A DNA stretch of 64,000 nt. Origin: an uncultured cyanobacterium (lineage in GTDB: Bacteria; Cyanobacteriota; Cyanobacteriia; Cyanobacteriales; Nostocaceae). Position numbers and translations under genes: made by a program. The notes beneath the pieces are model-generated. The model was not told where the DNA came from. It worked only from the letters and a program-made list of their open reading frames with translations, and did no database searches. Positions 19,086 through 29,609 of this stretch are shown here, in pieces; the stretch's first letter is position 1, and every line of letters starts with the position of its first letter. The stretch spans positions 1,440,001-1,504,000 of the forward strand of contig CAVUDP010000001.1 of the NCBI GenBank assembly GCA_963740315.1, written 5' to 3'.

Positions 19086-22000
19086 ATGACTTATACAACA
19101 ACTAACATCCAAGAATTTTTAGCGGGGGTTACTCCCTTTAACCAGTTACAACCGGCAGTAATGGCAAAGCTTTTAGAAAAAGCACAGCTGTACCGCTACC
19201 GTATGGGACAGGTAATTTTAGCGCGGGAAAAAATGCCCGCTCAAATATCTATTCTTCATTCCGGGCAAGTGCGTTTACTCGGTTACGAACCCGAAACCCA
19301 AATACCCGTAACTTTGGCAAGGCTGCAACCCGGAGAAATTATGGGTTGGCTTGAAACAGTGCGGGGAGTACCTGGTTCCACCGCTATTGCTTCGACGGAA
19401 GTTATTTGTATCAACTTTAATGCTGCGGAGTTTCTAGCTTTAATTAAGGAAGAAGAAAGCTTTTTATCACATTTTTATAATCGTGCTGGAATAGTCGAAG
19501 TATTTGAATTACTGTCGGCACAATTGCGACAGCAAGCAAATAGCCAGTTGGTTTTAGAAGCATCCGATTGTAGCAACTGTAAAGATTTAGCGCTGAAAAC
19601 TTACGATGATACACAAATTGTTAACTTAACAACTCGCAATGCTGCAAATCAGCTAAGTCCCGATTATCTTTGGTTAGTAAGTGGAGGAACGGTTTCCCCC
19701 GAAATAATCGGCGATCGCTTTGACTCCACTCAATCTTTACCCAGAGGAAGTCGGGTTCGCTTGTTAGGTATACCCGCAAATGTCTTTTCGCCATCCCAAC
19801 AAGTAGTTCAAGATAATACTGAGGAAGAAGCGCAACAGGTAAACATCACCGAAGTAATTCCTGCTGGTTCGGAGGCATACGACGATATTCCCTACGCTCC
19901 CGCAGAGCCGCCAGAAGCCGAAAATTATCATGTAAATAAGCGAGATGTTGCTGCTGCCAAAAAATATCCCCACGTGCGCGGTAGTGGCGAAGTAAATGGA
20001 ATTCTGGCTTGCTTCGGGATGTTGAGCAAACATTTGAATATGCCCTTCCGTAAGGAAGTTATTCGTAAAGTATTAATTAATCAGCAAAAGCGCACGGGTT
20101 CGCTGTCGTTGCAGCAGTGCGGTTCTATAGCCCAATTGGTCGGTTTAAGACCCCAACTTGTTGGCGTACCTGCAAACGCGATCGGCAGAATTGAAGCCCC
20201 TGCAATAGTCCAATGGCAAGATAGTTATGCCGTACTTTATGAAATTACTAACAAAAACATAGTAGTTGGCGTGCCGGAATCGGGAATCCTCAATCAGAAA
20301 ACCTCTGATGTAGTCCAGGTACTGCTTCAATCCAAACCCCAAACCGAACAAGAACAACAACAAGATGCGATCCCCGTATTGCTGCTGCAACCCACCTCAG
20401 AAACACCGCAGCAAAAATTTGGGTTAAGTTGGTTTTTGCCATCTTTAAATAAGTATAAAGGCGTACTGGTAGAAGTATTTATTGCCTCCTTCTTCTTCCA
20501 GTTGTTCGGCTTGGCTAACCCGCTAGTTACCCAGGTAATTATCGACAAGGTAATTAACCAAAACAGTCCGGATACGCTGCAAGTTCTCGGTGTATTTCTG
20601 GTCGTAATTGCCATATTTGAAGCAATTATTGGTACTATTCGGACTTATTTATTTGTCGATACTACCAACCGTATTGATTTAACTCTGGGTTCGGAAATTA
20701 TCGACCATTTGCTGCGTTTACCATTACGTTACTTTGAAAAGCGACCTGTAGGTGAACTTTCTACTAGGGTGAACGAATTAGAGAAAATTCGTCAATTTTT
20801 AACCGGAACCGCTTTAACAGTGGTTTTAGACGCGGTTTTCTCCGTTATCTACATCGTGGTGATGTTTATTTATAGCTGGATACTGGCTTTAGTAGCTCTA
20901 GCGACGTTGCCATTATTCGCCATCCTTACCTTTGTAGTTTCTCCCATCGTCCGCCGACAGCTACGGTTTAAAGCAGAACGTAACGCCGAAGCGCAATCCC
21001 ACTTAGTCGAAATTTTGTCAGGTATCCAGACAGTTAAAGCCCAAAACATTGAATTGCGATCGCGCTGGCAATGGCAGGAGCGTTACGCTCGTTATGTCAG
21101 TGCTGGTTTCAAAAACGTACAGACTTCTACTGCGGCAGGTTCTACCAGTGGTTTTCTTAACAAGCTTTCCGGCTTACTCGTGCTGTGGGTGGGAGCTTAC
21201 TTGGTATTAGATGGGACGCTAACATTAGGACAGTTAATCGCCTTTCGGATCATCTCCGGTTACGTGACTTCTCCTTTGTTGCGTCTTACCCAGTTATGGC
21301 AGAACTTCCAAGAAACCGCTTTATCTTTGGAACGTTTGAGCGACATTATCGACTCACCCCAAGAAGCCAGCGAAGAAGACAAAGGTAACATTCCCCTGCC
21401 CATGATTGAAGGGGCTGTTAAATTTGATAACGTCTCCTTCCGCTTCAAACCCACAGGACCGATGCAGTTAAATAACATTAGCTTGGAATTTCCCCCCGGT
21501 GTATTTGTGGGTGTCGTCGGACAAAGTGGTTCCGGTAAAAGTACGCTAATGAAACTGGTACCGCGCCTTTATCCCTTAGAATCCGGACGCATTCTCATCG
21601 ACGGTTACGACATCAACAAAGTAGAACTTTACTCCCTGCGAGAGCAAGTAGGAATTGTGCCGCAAGATACCCTACTTTTTGAAGGCTCCGTACAGGAAAA
21701 CATCTCCTTAAACTATCCAGATGCCACCCCAGAGGAGATTATCGAAGCTGCTAAAATTGCAGTAGCGCATGAATTTATCATGGAACTGCCGAATGGTTAC
21801 AATAGTAGAGTCGGCGAACGAGGTAGTGCTTTATCCGGTGGACAGCGGCAAAGAGTCGCAATTGCCCGTACAATCTTACAAAATCCGCGCTTATTAATTC
21901 TTGATGAAGCTACCAGCGCCCTCGACTACGAGTCCGAACGTCAAGTATGCTTAAATTTAGCAGAAGCCTTTAAAGGGCGTACAGTTTTCTTCATTACACA

Positions 22001-22142
22001 CAGATTAAGTACAATCCGTAACGCCGACACTATTTTAATGTTAGACAAAGGCTATGTTGTAGAACAGGGAACCCACCAAGAATTAATGTCGCTCAAAGGA
22101 CGTTACTACTGTCTGTATCAACAACAAGAAGCGCAAATTTAA
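19086..22142 (+). CDS. Type I secretion ABC transporter, HlyB family (cNMP-binding + C39-like + TM + ATPase)
   Basis: GQSGSGKST, LSGGQRQR and ILDEATSALD motifs; ABC membrane domain; N-terminal cNMP-like domain. Confidence 0.93.
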   Translation: MTYTTTNIQEFLAGVTPFNQLQPAVMAKLLEKAQLYRYRMGQVILAREKMPAQISILHSGQVRLLGYEPETQIPVTLARLQPGEIMGWLETVRGVPGSTAIASTEVICINFNAAEFLALIKEEESFLSHFYNRAGIVEVFELLSAQLRQQANSQLVLEASDCSNCKDLALKTYDDTQIVNLTTRNAANQLSPDYLWLVSGGTVSPEIIGDRFDSTQSLPRGSRVRLLGIPANVFSPSQQVVQDNTEEEAQQVNITEVIPAGSEAYDDIPYAPAEPPEAENYHVNKRDVAAAKKYPHVRGSGEVNGILACFGMLSKHLNMPFRKEVIRKVLINQQKRTGSLSLQQCGSIAQLVGLRPQLVGVPANAIGRIEAPAIVQWQDSYAVLYEITNKNIVVGVPESGILNQKTSDVVQVLLQSKPQTEQEQQQDAIPVLLLQPTSETPQQKFGLSWFLPSLNKYKGVLVEVFIASFFFQLFGLANPLVTQVIIDKVINQNSPDTLQVLGVFLVVIAIFEAIIGTIRTYLFVDTTNRIDLTLGSEIIDHLLRLPLRYFEKRPVGELSTRVNELEKIRQFLTGTALTVVLDAVFSVIYIVVMFIYSWILALVALATLPLFAILTFVVSPIVRRQLRFKAERNAEAQSHLVEILSGIQTVKAQNIELRSRWQWQERYARYVSAGFKNVQTSTAAGSTSGFLNKLSGLLVLWVGAYLVLDGTLTLGQLIAFRIISGYVTSPLLRLTQLWQNFQETALSLERLSDIIDSPQEASEEDKGNIPLPMIEGAVKFDNVSFRFKPTGPMQLNNISLEFPPGVFVGVVGQSGSGKSTLMKLVPRLYPLESGRILIDGYDINKVELYSLREQVGIVPQDTLLFEGSVQENISLNYPDATPEEIIEAAKIAVAHEFIMELPNGYNSRVGERGSALSGGQRQRVAIARTILQNPRLLILDEATSALDYESERQVCLNLAEAFKGRTVFFITHRLSTIRNADTILMLDKGYVVEQGTHQELMSLKGRYYCLYQQQEAQI

Positions 22143-22218
22143 TAATTAGGGAATAGGGCATAGGTTAAAGGTCTGCATGTCAAAGGTCAAAGGTGAAAAG
22201 TTAAAGCGAATAATTTCT

Positions 22219-22283
22219 ACCCCCTCTCCCCCCTCTCCCCCCTCTCCCTCATCTACCCCCTCTCCCCCCATCTCCCCCCTTCC
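22219..22283. repeat. C-rich short tandem repeat (CCCCTCTCC-like 9-mers)
   Basis: Directly visible between the hlyB-like and hlyD-like genes. Confidence 0.8.
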
Positions 22284-22310
22284 CTCGTAATTCCTAACTC
22301 CTAAATTCCC

Positions 22311-23855
22311 ATGACTCAACTCAACGGTAATCTCAACGGTAAGAAATCTCGGCAATCCATACTCCCTGGATTCGCGGAAACTCCCAAAGATTCTATTCCA
22401 CAGAAAAATGGTAGATCGAGGGTTTCCGACTTTGAACAAGCGGTAATTTTGCGGCGATCGCCAATATTTTCGCGAGCGGCGTTGTGGAGTATTTTGGGCG
22501 TAACCGTTTTTACGATTTCTTGGGCATACTTTTCCAGAATCGACCAAGCTATCCCCGCTCAAGGAAAATTAGAACCCCAAGGAGCCGTTAGAGAAGTACA
22601 GGTTCCGGTGAATGGTGTGGTGAAAAAGGTTTTTGTCAAAGATGGCGATCGAGTAAAAGAAGGGGACTTGCTGTTGCGTCTGGACCATGCTGGTGCTGAA
22701 GCGGAGCTAAATTCTGCAAGAACAATTCGTGAAGCTTTGAAGCTGGAAAATCAGTTTTATCGCAGTTTATTTAATCGTTCTTCAGGACAAACACCTGCAA
22801 TCAAAGTACCTCCAGAAATGGCAAGGTTGGCTCAGAGTAGAAGCACATTATTAAAAGAAAATCAATATTTTGGAGTGCTGTTGACTGGAAATACTAATGG
22901 TGCAAATTTAACAGGGCAAGAGAAACTGCGTTTATTTTCCAGTCAAGAACAATTAAGATCCCAAGGCGCTCAAATTCAGTTAGAACAAGGGCAGCTACAG
23001 CAACAGCTAGCACAAACTAAAGAAAAACTTGATAACTCTAGAAACATTCTCAGTATCAATCAAGGTATTCTCAATGACTTAGAACCGTTGTATAGGGAAG
23101 GAGCGATCGCTCGCTTGCAGTACTTACAACAAAAACAAGAAGTTAGCAACCGTCGCAGTGAAGTTGCTCAACTCGGTCAAGAAATACAGCGTTTAAGATT
23201 AGCTATTGCTCAAACAGGTCAGCAACTGCAAAATGCCGTGTCAACTTCTAAAAAAGATATATTGACTCAAATGGCAGACAACGAAAAACGTATTGCCGAA
23301 ATCGACAGTCAAATTAACAAATCGATAGTCGAAAATGAAAAGCGGATTACCGAACTCGACGGTCAAATTAAACAAGCTTCATTAACCAGAGAATATCAAA
23401 TAGTAAAAGCCCCAGTAGATGGCATCGTGTTTGACTTAAAAGCCGGTAATCCCGGTTATGTAGCTAATACCAGCGAACCAGTAATGAAAGTGGTGCCAGA
23501 ACAATCGCTGATGGCAGAAGTATTTATAACTAATAAGGACATCGGGTTTGTTAGAGAAGGTATGCCCGTTGACGTAAGATTTGAAAGCTATAACTTCAGT
23601 GAATTTGGCGATATTAAAGGTACCCTTGTATCTGTTGGTACAGATGCCCTACCGCCAGACGAAATTCATCCCTACTATCGTTTCCCCGCAAGAGTTGAGT
23701 TAAATCGACAAACTCTTTCTGCCAACGGCAAACAATTACCCCTCCAATCAGGTATGTCAGTCACTGCCAATATTAAGACGCGAGACAGAAGTATCTTAAG
23801 CATATTTACTGATAAGTTCACTCAAACAGTCGAAAGCGTTAAATTTGTCCGATAA
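22311..23855 (+). CDS. HlyD-family membrane fusion (periplasmic adaptor) protein
   Basis: N-terminal TM helix, VKDGDRVKEGDLL lipoyl half-motif, coiled coil, VKAPVDGIV and LQSGMSVTANIK. Confidence 0.93.
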   Translation: MTQLNGNLNGKKSRQSILPGFAETPKDSIPQKNGRSRVSDFEQAVILRRSPIFSRAALWSILGVTVFTISWAYFSRIDQAIPAQGKLEPQGAVREVQVPVNGVVKKVFVKDGDRVKEGDLLLRLDHAGAEAELNSARTIREALKLENQFYRSLFNRSSGQTPAIKVPPEMARLAQSRSTLLKENQYFGVLLTGNTNGANLTGQEKLRLFSSQEQLRSQGAQIQLEQGQLQQQLAQTKEKLDNSRNILSINQGILNDLEPLYREGAIARLQYLQQKQEVSNRRSEVAQLGQEIQRLRLAIAQTGQQLQNAVSTSKKDILTQMADNEKRIAEIDSQINKSIVENEKRITELDGQIKQASLTREYQIVKAPVDGIVFDLKAGNPGYVANTSEPVMKVVPEQSLMAEVFITNKDIGFVREGMPVDVRFESYNFSEFGDIKGTLVSVGTDALPPDEIHPYYRFPARVELNRQTLSANGKQLPLQSGMSVTANIKTRDRSILSIFTDKFTQTVESVKFVR

Positions 23856-23895
23856 GTTGGTTTAATTTAAGATTAATTTAAGATGCAATGTAAGT

Positions 23896-23930
23896 ATTTC
23901 ATCCCTCTAATTAGATCGGGATGAAATTTT
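23896..23930 (+). terminator. Terminator of the T1SS operon
   Basis: ATTTCATCCC...GGGATGAAAT followed by T residues. Confidence 0.65.
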
Positions 23931-24655
23931 AATATGATTATGATATATTAATAAACTCTCTGTAAATAAATAAAATATATATGTTAAATTACACACTTTG
24001 CATTTTTTTAGCTTATCGTATATAAGTAAGTATACTCTTACTAAGCAAGTACAAGTAAGTGTTCCCCCTCTTGCTCTGTGTCAGGAAAAAGTCAAATATA
24101 TAAGTTCAAGAAGGTAGTTTTGTTGACGGTAAAAATATAAAATTTGATAGTTTTTACTGAAAAAGCAAAATTTGATGTTCTTCTTCAGCGCACTTTTGAA
24201 AAAGATTTTCATCAGTGTTTGTAATATTTTTCCGGAAGACATATAGGATGTGCTGTATTCAACTATTGCAGCATACCGAAACTCAGATGAGTTGAAGCGC
24301 AATCGAAGCCTTCTATTTCAGAATTTTGAACTGATGCTTGCGGAGTCGGTTTATTTCTGTATCCCTATACTTCTTAAAATTACGGCTAGTAGTTTGTTTT
24401 CCACAGAAATCTATAAGGTTTTCTTAATTTTCTGCTGCCCAAATAATATTAGTTCAAATAAATTAATGTGACAAATAAATGATGGAAAGCCTCGCTGTAT
24501 AAAGCTCTAAAAAAAATAGGGTGATTTTTACAGAACATCTGCAACGCAATCTATTTAATTGTTAAAACAAACGCATCTGAAGGATAACATTGCCTTCAGT
24601 TTATTAAATGCGTCTATCTGAAAATTTAAATCAATACTAAAAAAGGAAGATAAAA

Positions 24656-26299
24656 ATGTTCGATTCCATGCAACTTAATGCCGACGAAAATACCAAATAT
24701 AACTTTGCTTACCTTATTGATGTATCGGATAGTGTTGAGAAAAATACGCTTCAACAACTAAAAGATGCCTACACAAGTTTAACTAAATCCCTGATCGATG
24801 GCGGAATTGCAGGTGTCAGTCAATTTGCAGTAATTCCTTTTAGCTCTGATGCAATCCTTAATGCACCGTTGAATGCAACAGAAGCAATTTCAACAATTGA
24901 AGGTTTGTCTGAAGATGGTTTCACTAATTTTAATGCCGCACTTGAAAAAGCAAATCAGTTCTTTTCTACAGTACCCCCTGGAGCAACTAATATAGCCTAT
25001 TTTCTGTCTGATGGGTTTTCAACTACGGGAGGAAGTTTTAAAGAATCAGCAAAAGCTTTACAAGCAGTAGCAGATGTTCGAGCTTATGGTTTTGGCGCTG
25101 CAAATATTCAATCCTTAGAGATTGTAGATTCAAATCAACCCGTGATAGTCTCCGAAGCATCAGAATTAAAGACTGAATTTATTAATTCTATAAATAATTT
25201 GGTTGCTAGCAACTCTCAAATTGATTCAACAACAGACGACAATAATGATGTTGAAATCGCTTCTCCTCCTGTAAATGAACCAGTTGAAGATGAATCAGAT
25301 ACTAGTAACGACCAAATCAAAAAAGACGAGTCCAATTTAGTTGATGATTCGATTCCGCAAAACCTTGTGAAACCCGAAGTTGACGACATAATTAAGCTGG
25401 GTAGCAACATCGACGCATTACCTGATACAGAGTCTCCCATTTTGAAGGTTGAAGATATTTCTATCGAAGAAGGTGATATCGGAAGCAGTATCGCTCAGTT
25501 TACAGTTAATTTATCTTCACCTGCTACCAAAGAGATTCAATTCTCATACCAAACTGTCGATGGAAGTGCGATTTCTACTTCTGATTACGATCCAATATCT
25601 GGACAAATTACAATTCCGGTTGGTGAAACCAGCACAAATATTGACGTTGAAGTGAATGGGGATAATGAAGTTGAATTAAATGAAGAATTTACTCTTAATT
25701 TATTTGGCTTATCTGGCGCAACTTTTGAAAACAACAAAGCAGAATATAGTAAAGTGGCGACGATAGAAAACGATGATATTGCCCAAGTCACAGAAAGTAC
25801 ACAAGTACCCGATGATGGAAGTATTTTCGATGGGAATCTACTTGACTTAAAATCCTTTGCTGGTGATGTAACAGTAGCTTTCACCGTAGATAGAGAAGCC
25901 GAATTTGATAATACTGTCAGTTTTTACAAAATTGAAGACACAGAAGGAACCATTACAGATCCAGTGACTGGAAATAGGCTCAAACCCAGTGATGGCGAAG
26001 CTTATGCAGAATTAGCGATCGAGCTTAAAGAGTCACAAATCGAACTAAGCGTAGATAACCTTAATTCCATTACTATCCAAGATACCCTTGATGGAGGATA
26101 TCTCTACGCTCCTTTTATCGTCGCTGATGGGAACCTTGACGATGGATTCAGCCAAGTTTACTTCTCCTTTGCTCAAGCTAACTCCGATAAATTCGAGCAT
26201 ATTCGTTCGTTAGGAAATACCCTTACTTTTGAAGACTTAGCGAATGGTGGCGATCGCGATTTCAACGATATGGTTATCAGCGCTGAAATTACAATTTAA
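24656..26299 (+). CDS. vWA + Calx-beta + DUF4114-like tail protein
   Basis: MIDAS motif DVSDS, TNF and FLSDG; Calx-beta (IEEGD...YQTVDGSA...DY...TIENDD); tail REAEFDN...FEDLANGGDRDFND. Confidence 0.85.
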   Translation: MFDSMQLNADENTKYNFAYLIDVSDSVEKNTLQQLKDAYTSLTKSLIDGGIAGVSQFAVIPFSSDAILNAPLNATEAISTIEGLSEDGFTNFNAALEKANQFFSTVPPGATNIAYFLSDGFSTTGGSFKESAKALQAVADVRAYGFGAANIQSLEIVDSNQPVIVSEASELKTEFINSINNLVASNSQIDSTTDDNNDVEIASPPVNEPVEDESDTSNDQIKKDESNLVDDSIPQNLVKPEVDDIIKLGSNIDALPDTESPILKVEDISIEEGDIGSSIAQFTVNLSSPATKEIQFSYQTVDGSAISTSDYDPISGQITIPVGETSTNIDVEVNGDNEVELNEEFTLNLFGLSGATFENNKAEYSKVATIENDDIAQVTESTQVPDDGSIFDGNLLDLKSFAGDVTVAFTVDREAEFDNTVSFYKIEDTEGTITDPVTGNRLKPSDGEAYAELAIELKESQIELSVDNLNSITIQDTLDGGYLYAPFIVADGNLDDGFSQVYFSFAQANSDKFEHIRSLGNTLTFEDLANGGDRDFNDMVISAEITI

Positions 26300-26397
26300 C
26301 CGTTTGCTCTCAATTCCCATTCGTGCTATGCGATCGGGTTTGAGAACCTTATTTAATCTCATTCAAACTGCGCCATCAAGGAATATAATTTCCGCAT

Positions 26398-26566
26398 CCC
26401 AACCCTTCCCGTCAGGCTATGGTGTACACAGAATTCTAATTGGTTTTAGATCCCCCCTAACCCCCCGTATTATTGGGGGGAATTGGAGTTAAACTCCCCC
26501 AAATTAGCGGGGGATTTAGGGGATCTTACGGGATATGTGTACATGGTAGGTCAAAGGGGAGGGAAT
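26398..26566. repeat. Nested palindromic cyanobacterial repeats
   Basis: Outer CCCTTCCC/GGGGAGGG, middle CTATGGTGTACACA/TGTGTACATGGTAG, inner AGATCCCC...GGGGATCT. The inner part resembles 44470-44532. Confidence 0.6.
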
Positions 26567-26789
26567 ACAAATTATACATTTATAAATACAAAAATTTTCA
26601 TCAAAAATAAATACCACGATCGCTGCTATACAAGATCGAAGATTTAAAAAAAATTATATTTTAAGTATTCTTGCCAACACAAGATTAGTTTTTTTACCTT
26701 TAATATGTACCTGTTTGCATACAATTACTTATCGTCGTTCGAGAAGCCTGATTTAGATAATTTTTCTAAATTAAAACCTAACTAAATTC

Positions 26790-27515
26790 ATGAATAAAAC
26801 CATACAAATTCAGGAATTGGCAATTGCTATTACAGCCAAAAAACTGAATCCCACCATCGTGAACCTTGATTTTTTGAAGTACAGCAATATTATCTCATCA
26901 GATTGGGAATTAGCACGTACTCCGGTTTATACAAAAAATTTGACGCAGCTTGTCTTCCAAAATGGGATTGCAATTGTCGCACAACCTAACCGAATAGTTT
27001 TTGCAGAAGCTATTGAAACCAAAATTCAAGAATTAAATGTTTCTCAATTAGCTGCTAAATATATAGAAAAGCTACCTAATGTAGAGTATCAAGCTGTGGG
27101 TATTAATCCCAAAGGTTTTGTAACTTTTACAGAATCAAATGCTGCTAGCAACTATTTATTAAATAATCTGCTTGCTTCGGGAGAGTGGCGAGAATTTGGT
27201 AAAACACCCGTCAAAGCCGCAATTCAATTAGCTTACACTTTAGAACGTTCTCAATTAAACTTAACAATTAACGAAGGATTACTAAAAGTCTCAGAAGAAA
27301 GTTCCGTACCAGCAATATTATTCTCCGGTAATTTTAACTATAATATTATCGGTGCCAATGAGGAAGAAAGATTACAAGATTTGTATAAAATTCTTCAGAA
27401 TTGCAAAAGCAATTTAGAAACTTATCAGGAACTAATTAACAATAAGTTTTTCTCTTCTCGGCTTAACGATAAAAACGCGATCCCTTTTGGAGTTTCTATT
27501 TCACCATCAATTTAA
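26790..27515 (+). CDS. Conserved cyanobacterial hypothetical protein
   Basis: 241-aa ORF with NPTIVNLDFLKYSNII..DWELAR and AVGINP segments. Confidence 0.75.
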   Translation: MNKTIQIQELAIAITAKKLNPTIVNLDFLKYSNIISSDWELARTPVYTKNLTQLVFQNGIAIVAQPNRIVFAEAIETKIQELNVSQLAAKYIEKLPNVEYQAVGINPKGFVTFTESNAASNYLLNNLLASGEWREFGKTPVKAAIQLAYTLERSQLNLTINEGLLKVSEESSVPAILFSGNFNYNIIGANEEERLQDLYKILQNCKSNLETYQELINNKFFSSRLNDKNAIPFGVSISPSI

Positions 27516-27519
27516 AGTA

Positions 27520-27645
27520 TAAGTAGGTTGGCGTTGAAAATTGCAATTAGGACAAGGGAGTAGGCAGTAGGGAGTAGGAGTAAAGCTTTTAGACTAATTT
27601 ACCTAACCGTTACCGCCGTTCGGTTTATTCGTGCCTACTTACTTA
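27520..27645. mobile_element. MITE-like element with TAAGTAGGT terminal inverted repeats
   Basis: TAAGTAGGTTGGC at the left end and GCCTACTTACTTA at the right end; internal GGGAGTA heptamers. Confidence 0.5.
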
Positions 27646-27886
27646 GAACTCCGTTTTGATTTTTGTTAGCTTAAGCTTGCCGAAGCCATATAAGCAAACA
27701 TTCTCACCCTACTCCCTATTTCCTACTCCCTATTTCCTACCTAAACGATATGTCATTTATCTTCAAATTCCCTTCCTTAAGCAATTTTACGGTTCTCAGA
27801 TAAAATCTTTGCTATATATAAAGGAATACATACCTTTTTTAATTGGTATTAGCTAGGATGCCCTATCTACCGTACTCTGAAGAGCT

Positions 27887-29413
27887 ATGACTGTTACGCT
27901 GACTAAATACCCCGCACCATTGTTGAATAAAATTGGCTCCTATGTTTGCCAAGCAGTTATTTATATTCAGCAACAGCAACCCGAACTATTGCTCGATAAG
28001 TACAGAAACATATCTTGGCGTGACAATAGCAATCAATCGCGTTTGAAAACAAGAATAATAGAAAAAATTAGTAATGTCGAAGATTGGGAATCCTTAGTTA
28101 AACGGGTAGAAGTGTTTATTAAGGCTTTGCTAATATCCAATTCAACAAACACACCTGTTTTAATCAAATTACAAGAGAAAATTCGTCAGCTCGATCCCAA
28201 TGTCTCAGATAACGATTCGAGCGATCGACAAAATCTAAACTCGACAAATCAAGAATCCAATATTAAAACCGTTGATGCGATCGGAAGCGATCGCCAATCC
28301 AATATTCAAACAACTTTAAACGATTCTGAAAAAACGAGTCAAGAATCTTTACCTCCACAAGCCCAATTAAAAACGAATACAAATCATCAAGATATAAATT
28401 CTATTGAAAATCAACAGCAGACGGGAATAACAGTATTACTTTTAGATGCAGAAAATATCCAAATTACCCTTGAAACAGAAAAGTTTTTAGCAACGGTTTG
28501 TAATAATCCCATTCAAATAAAAATTGCCTTTGCAAACTGGCAGAGTATGGGGAAAAAAGATATTGAATTTCATAATCGTGGTTACGATTTAATTCATGTT
28601 CCTCGCGGTAAAGATAATGCTGACGGAAAAATGATTGCTTTCGGTTCGACAATTTATGAGTATTACCCGAAAGTGAAGGAAGTTTTGGTTTGTTCGTCAG
28701 ATACAGTAATGACTAATTTGTGTAACCAACTTCACCAGAAAGGATTAACAGTATATCATGTTAGTCAACTTTCCAGCAATCTGACTATATTTAACGCTAA
28801 AACTAATGAAACCCAAAATCATACAATTTTACCTTCGATAGAACAACTCCTGTGCCAGATTAAAGATATAATTAAAGACCAATTTGCACAGACTTCAAAC
28901 CAATGGATAAAGCTCTCTATAATCTGTAAATTATTTAAAGAAAAGCATAGCTTTGGTATTAATAAAGTTGTATCTCATCACCTTCCCGGCAAAACTGTAA
29001 AAAATATTTTTGTCAATAAACCTGAGTTTGTCATTCATCAAATAGCCGAACATCCAGAAGTATACATTACTTTGTTCAAGTTGCCCGTTCAGGAAAACCT
29101 AGACGATCCAATATTGACATTTGAGAATAAATCGGTTTTGGAACAAGCACTAGTTGAAATAATCACTGACTTAGTAGGTAAAACGTCAAATAATTTTATT
29201 CCTATGCATGCTATATGCGAAAAATTTGATAAACAGTATGGTAAAGGAATTACCAAAATACTCAAAGAATTAAATATGAGTGGTAAATTTGTCAATTTTT
29301 TACAGTCGTGTAATTTTGTGGAATTGAAAAAAACAGATAATATATGGCAAGTAGCTTTAAAACCGTTACCAGTTACCAGTTACCAGTTACCAGTTGTCAG
29401 CGAAAACTTATAA
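27887..29413 (+). CDS. NYN (LabA/DUF88 PIN-like) domain protein with C-terminal OST-HTH/LOTUS-like repeats
   Basis: LLLDAEN, GKDNADGKM and CSSD motifs; two C-terminal winged-helix-like segments. Confidence 0.78.
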   Translation: MTVTLTKYPAPLLNKIGSYVCQAVIYIQQQQPELLLDKYRNISWRDNSNQSRLKTRIIEKISNVEDWESLVKRVEVFIKALLISNSTNTPVLIKLQEKIRQLDPNVSDNDSSDRQNLNSTNQESNIKTVDAIGSDRQSNIQTTLNDSEKTSQESLPPQAQLKTNTNHQDINSIENQQQTGITVLLLDAENIQITLETEKFLATVCNNPIQIKIAFANWQSMGKKDIEFHNRGYDLIHVPRGKDNADGKMIAFGSTIYEYYPKVKEVLVCSSDTVMTNLCNQLHQKGLTVYHVSQLSSNLTIFNAKTNETQNHTILPSIEQLLCQIKDIIKDQFAQTSNQWIKLSIICKLFKEKHSFGINKVVSHHLPGKTVKNIFVNKPEFVIHQIAEHPEVYITLFKLPVQENLDDPILTFENKSVLEQALVEIITDLVGKTSNNFIPMHAICEKFDKQYGKGITKILKELNMSGKFVNFLQSCNFVELKKTDNIWQVALKPLPVTSYQLPVVSENL

Positions 29414-29609
29414 ACTTATAACTCCGGCGCTCCTAACTCTTAACTCCTAAATCTCCCTTTCCCCTCATCCCCTCATCCCCCCATCTGCTAATTTGAGAAA
29501 AATTTAACCGAAAAATCACTATCTACTGCTTAAGAGTGACTTGAAAATCCAGCAAAAAAGGCAAAAATGACAGACAGATAAGCTGTTACTGCCTGTTGCT
29601 TCAAATAAA

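Noticed and set aside
22146..22562. 138-aa minus-strand ORF
   Set aside because: Built from the C-rich tandem repeat plus the antisense of the hlyD-like gene.
23866..23884. TTTAAGAT-n3-TTTAAGAT as a Pho box for the vWA gene
   Set aside because: Only two units, located before the T1SS terminator and ~770 bp from the next start codon.
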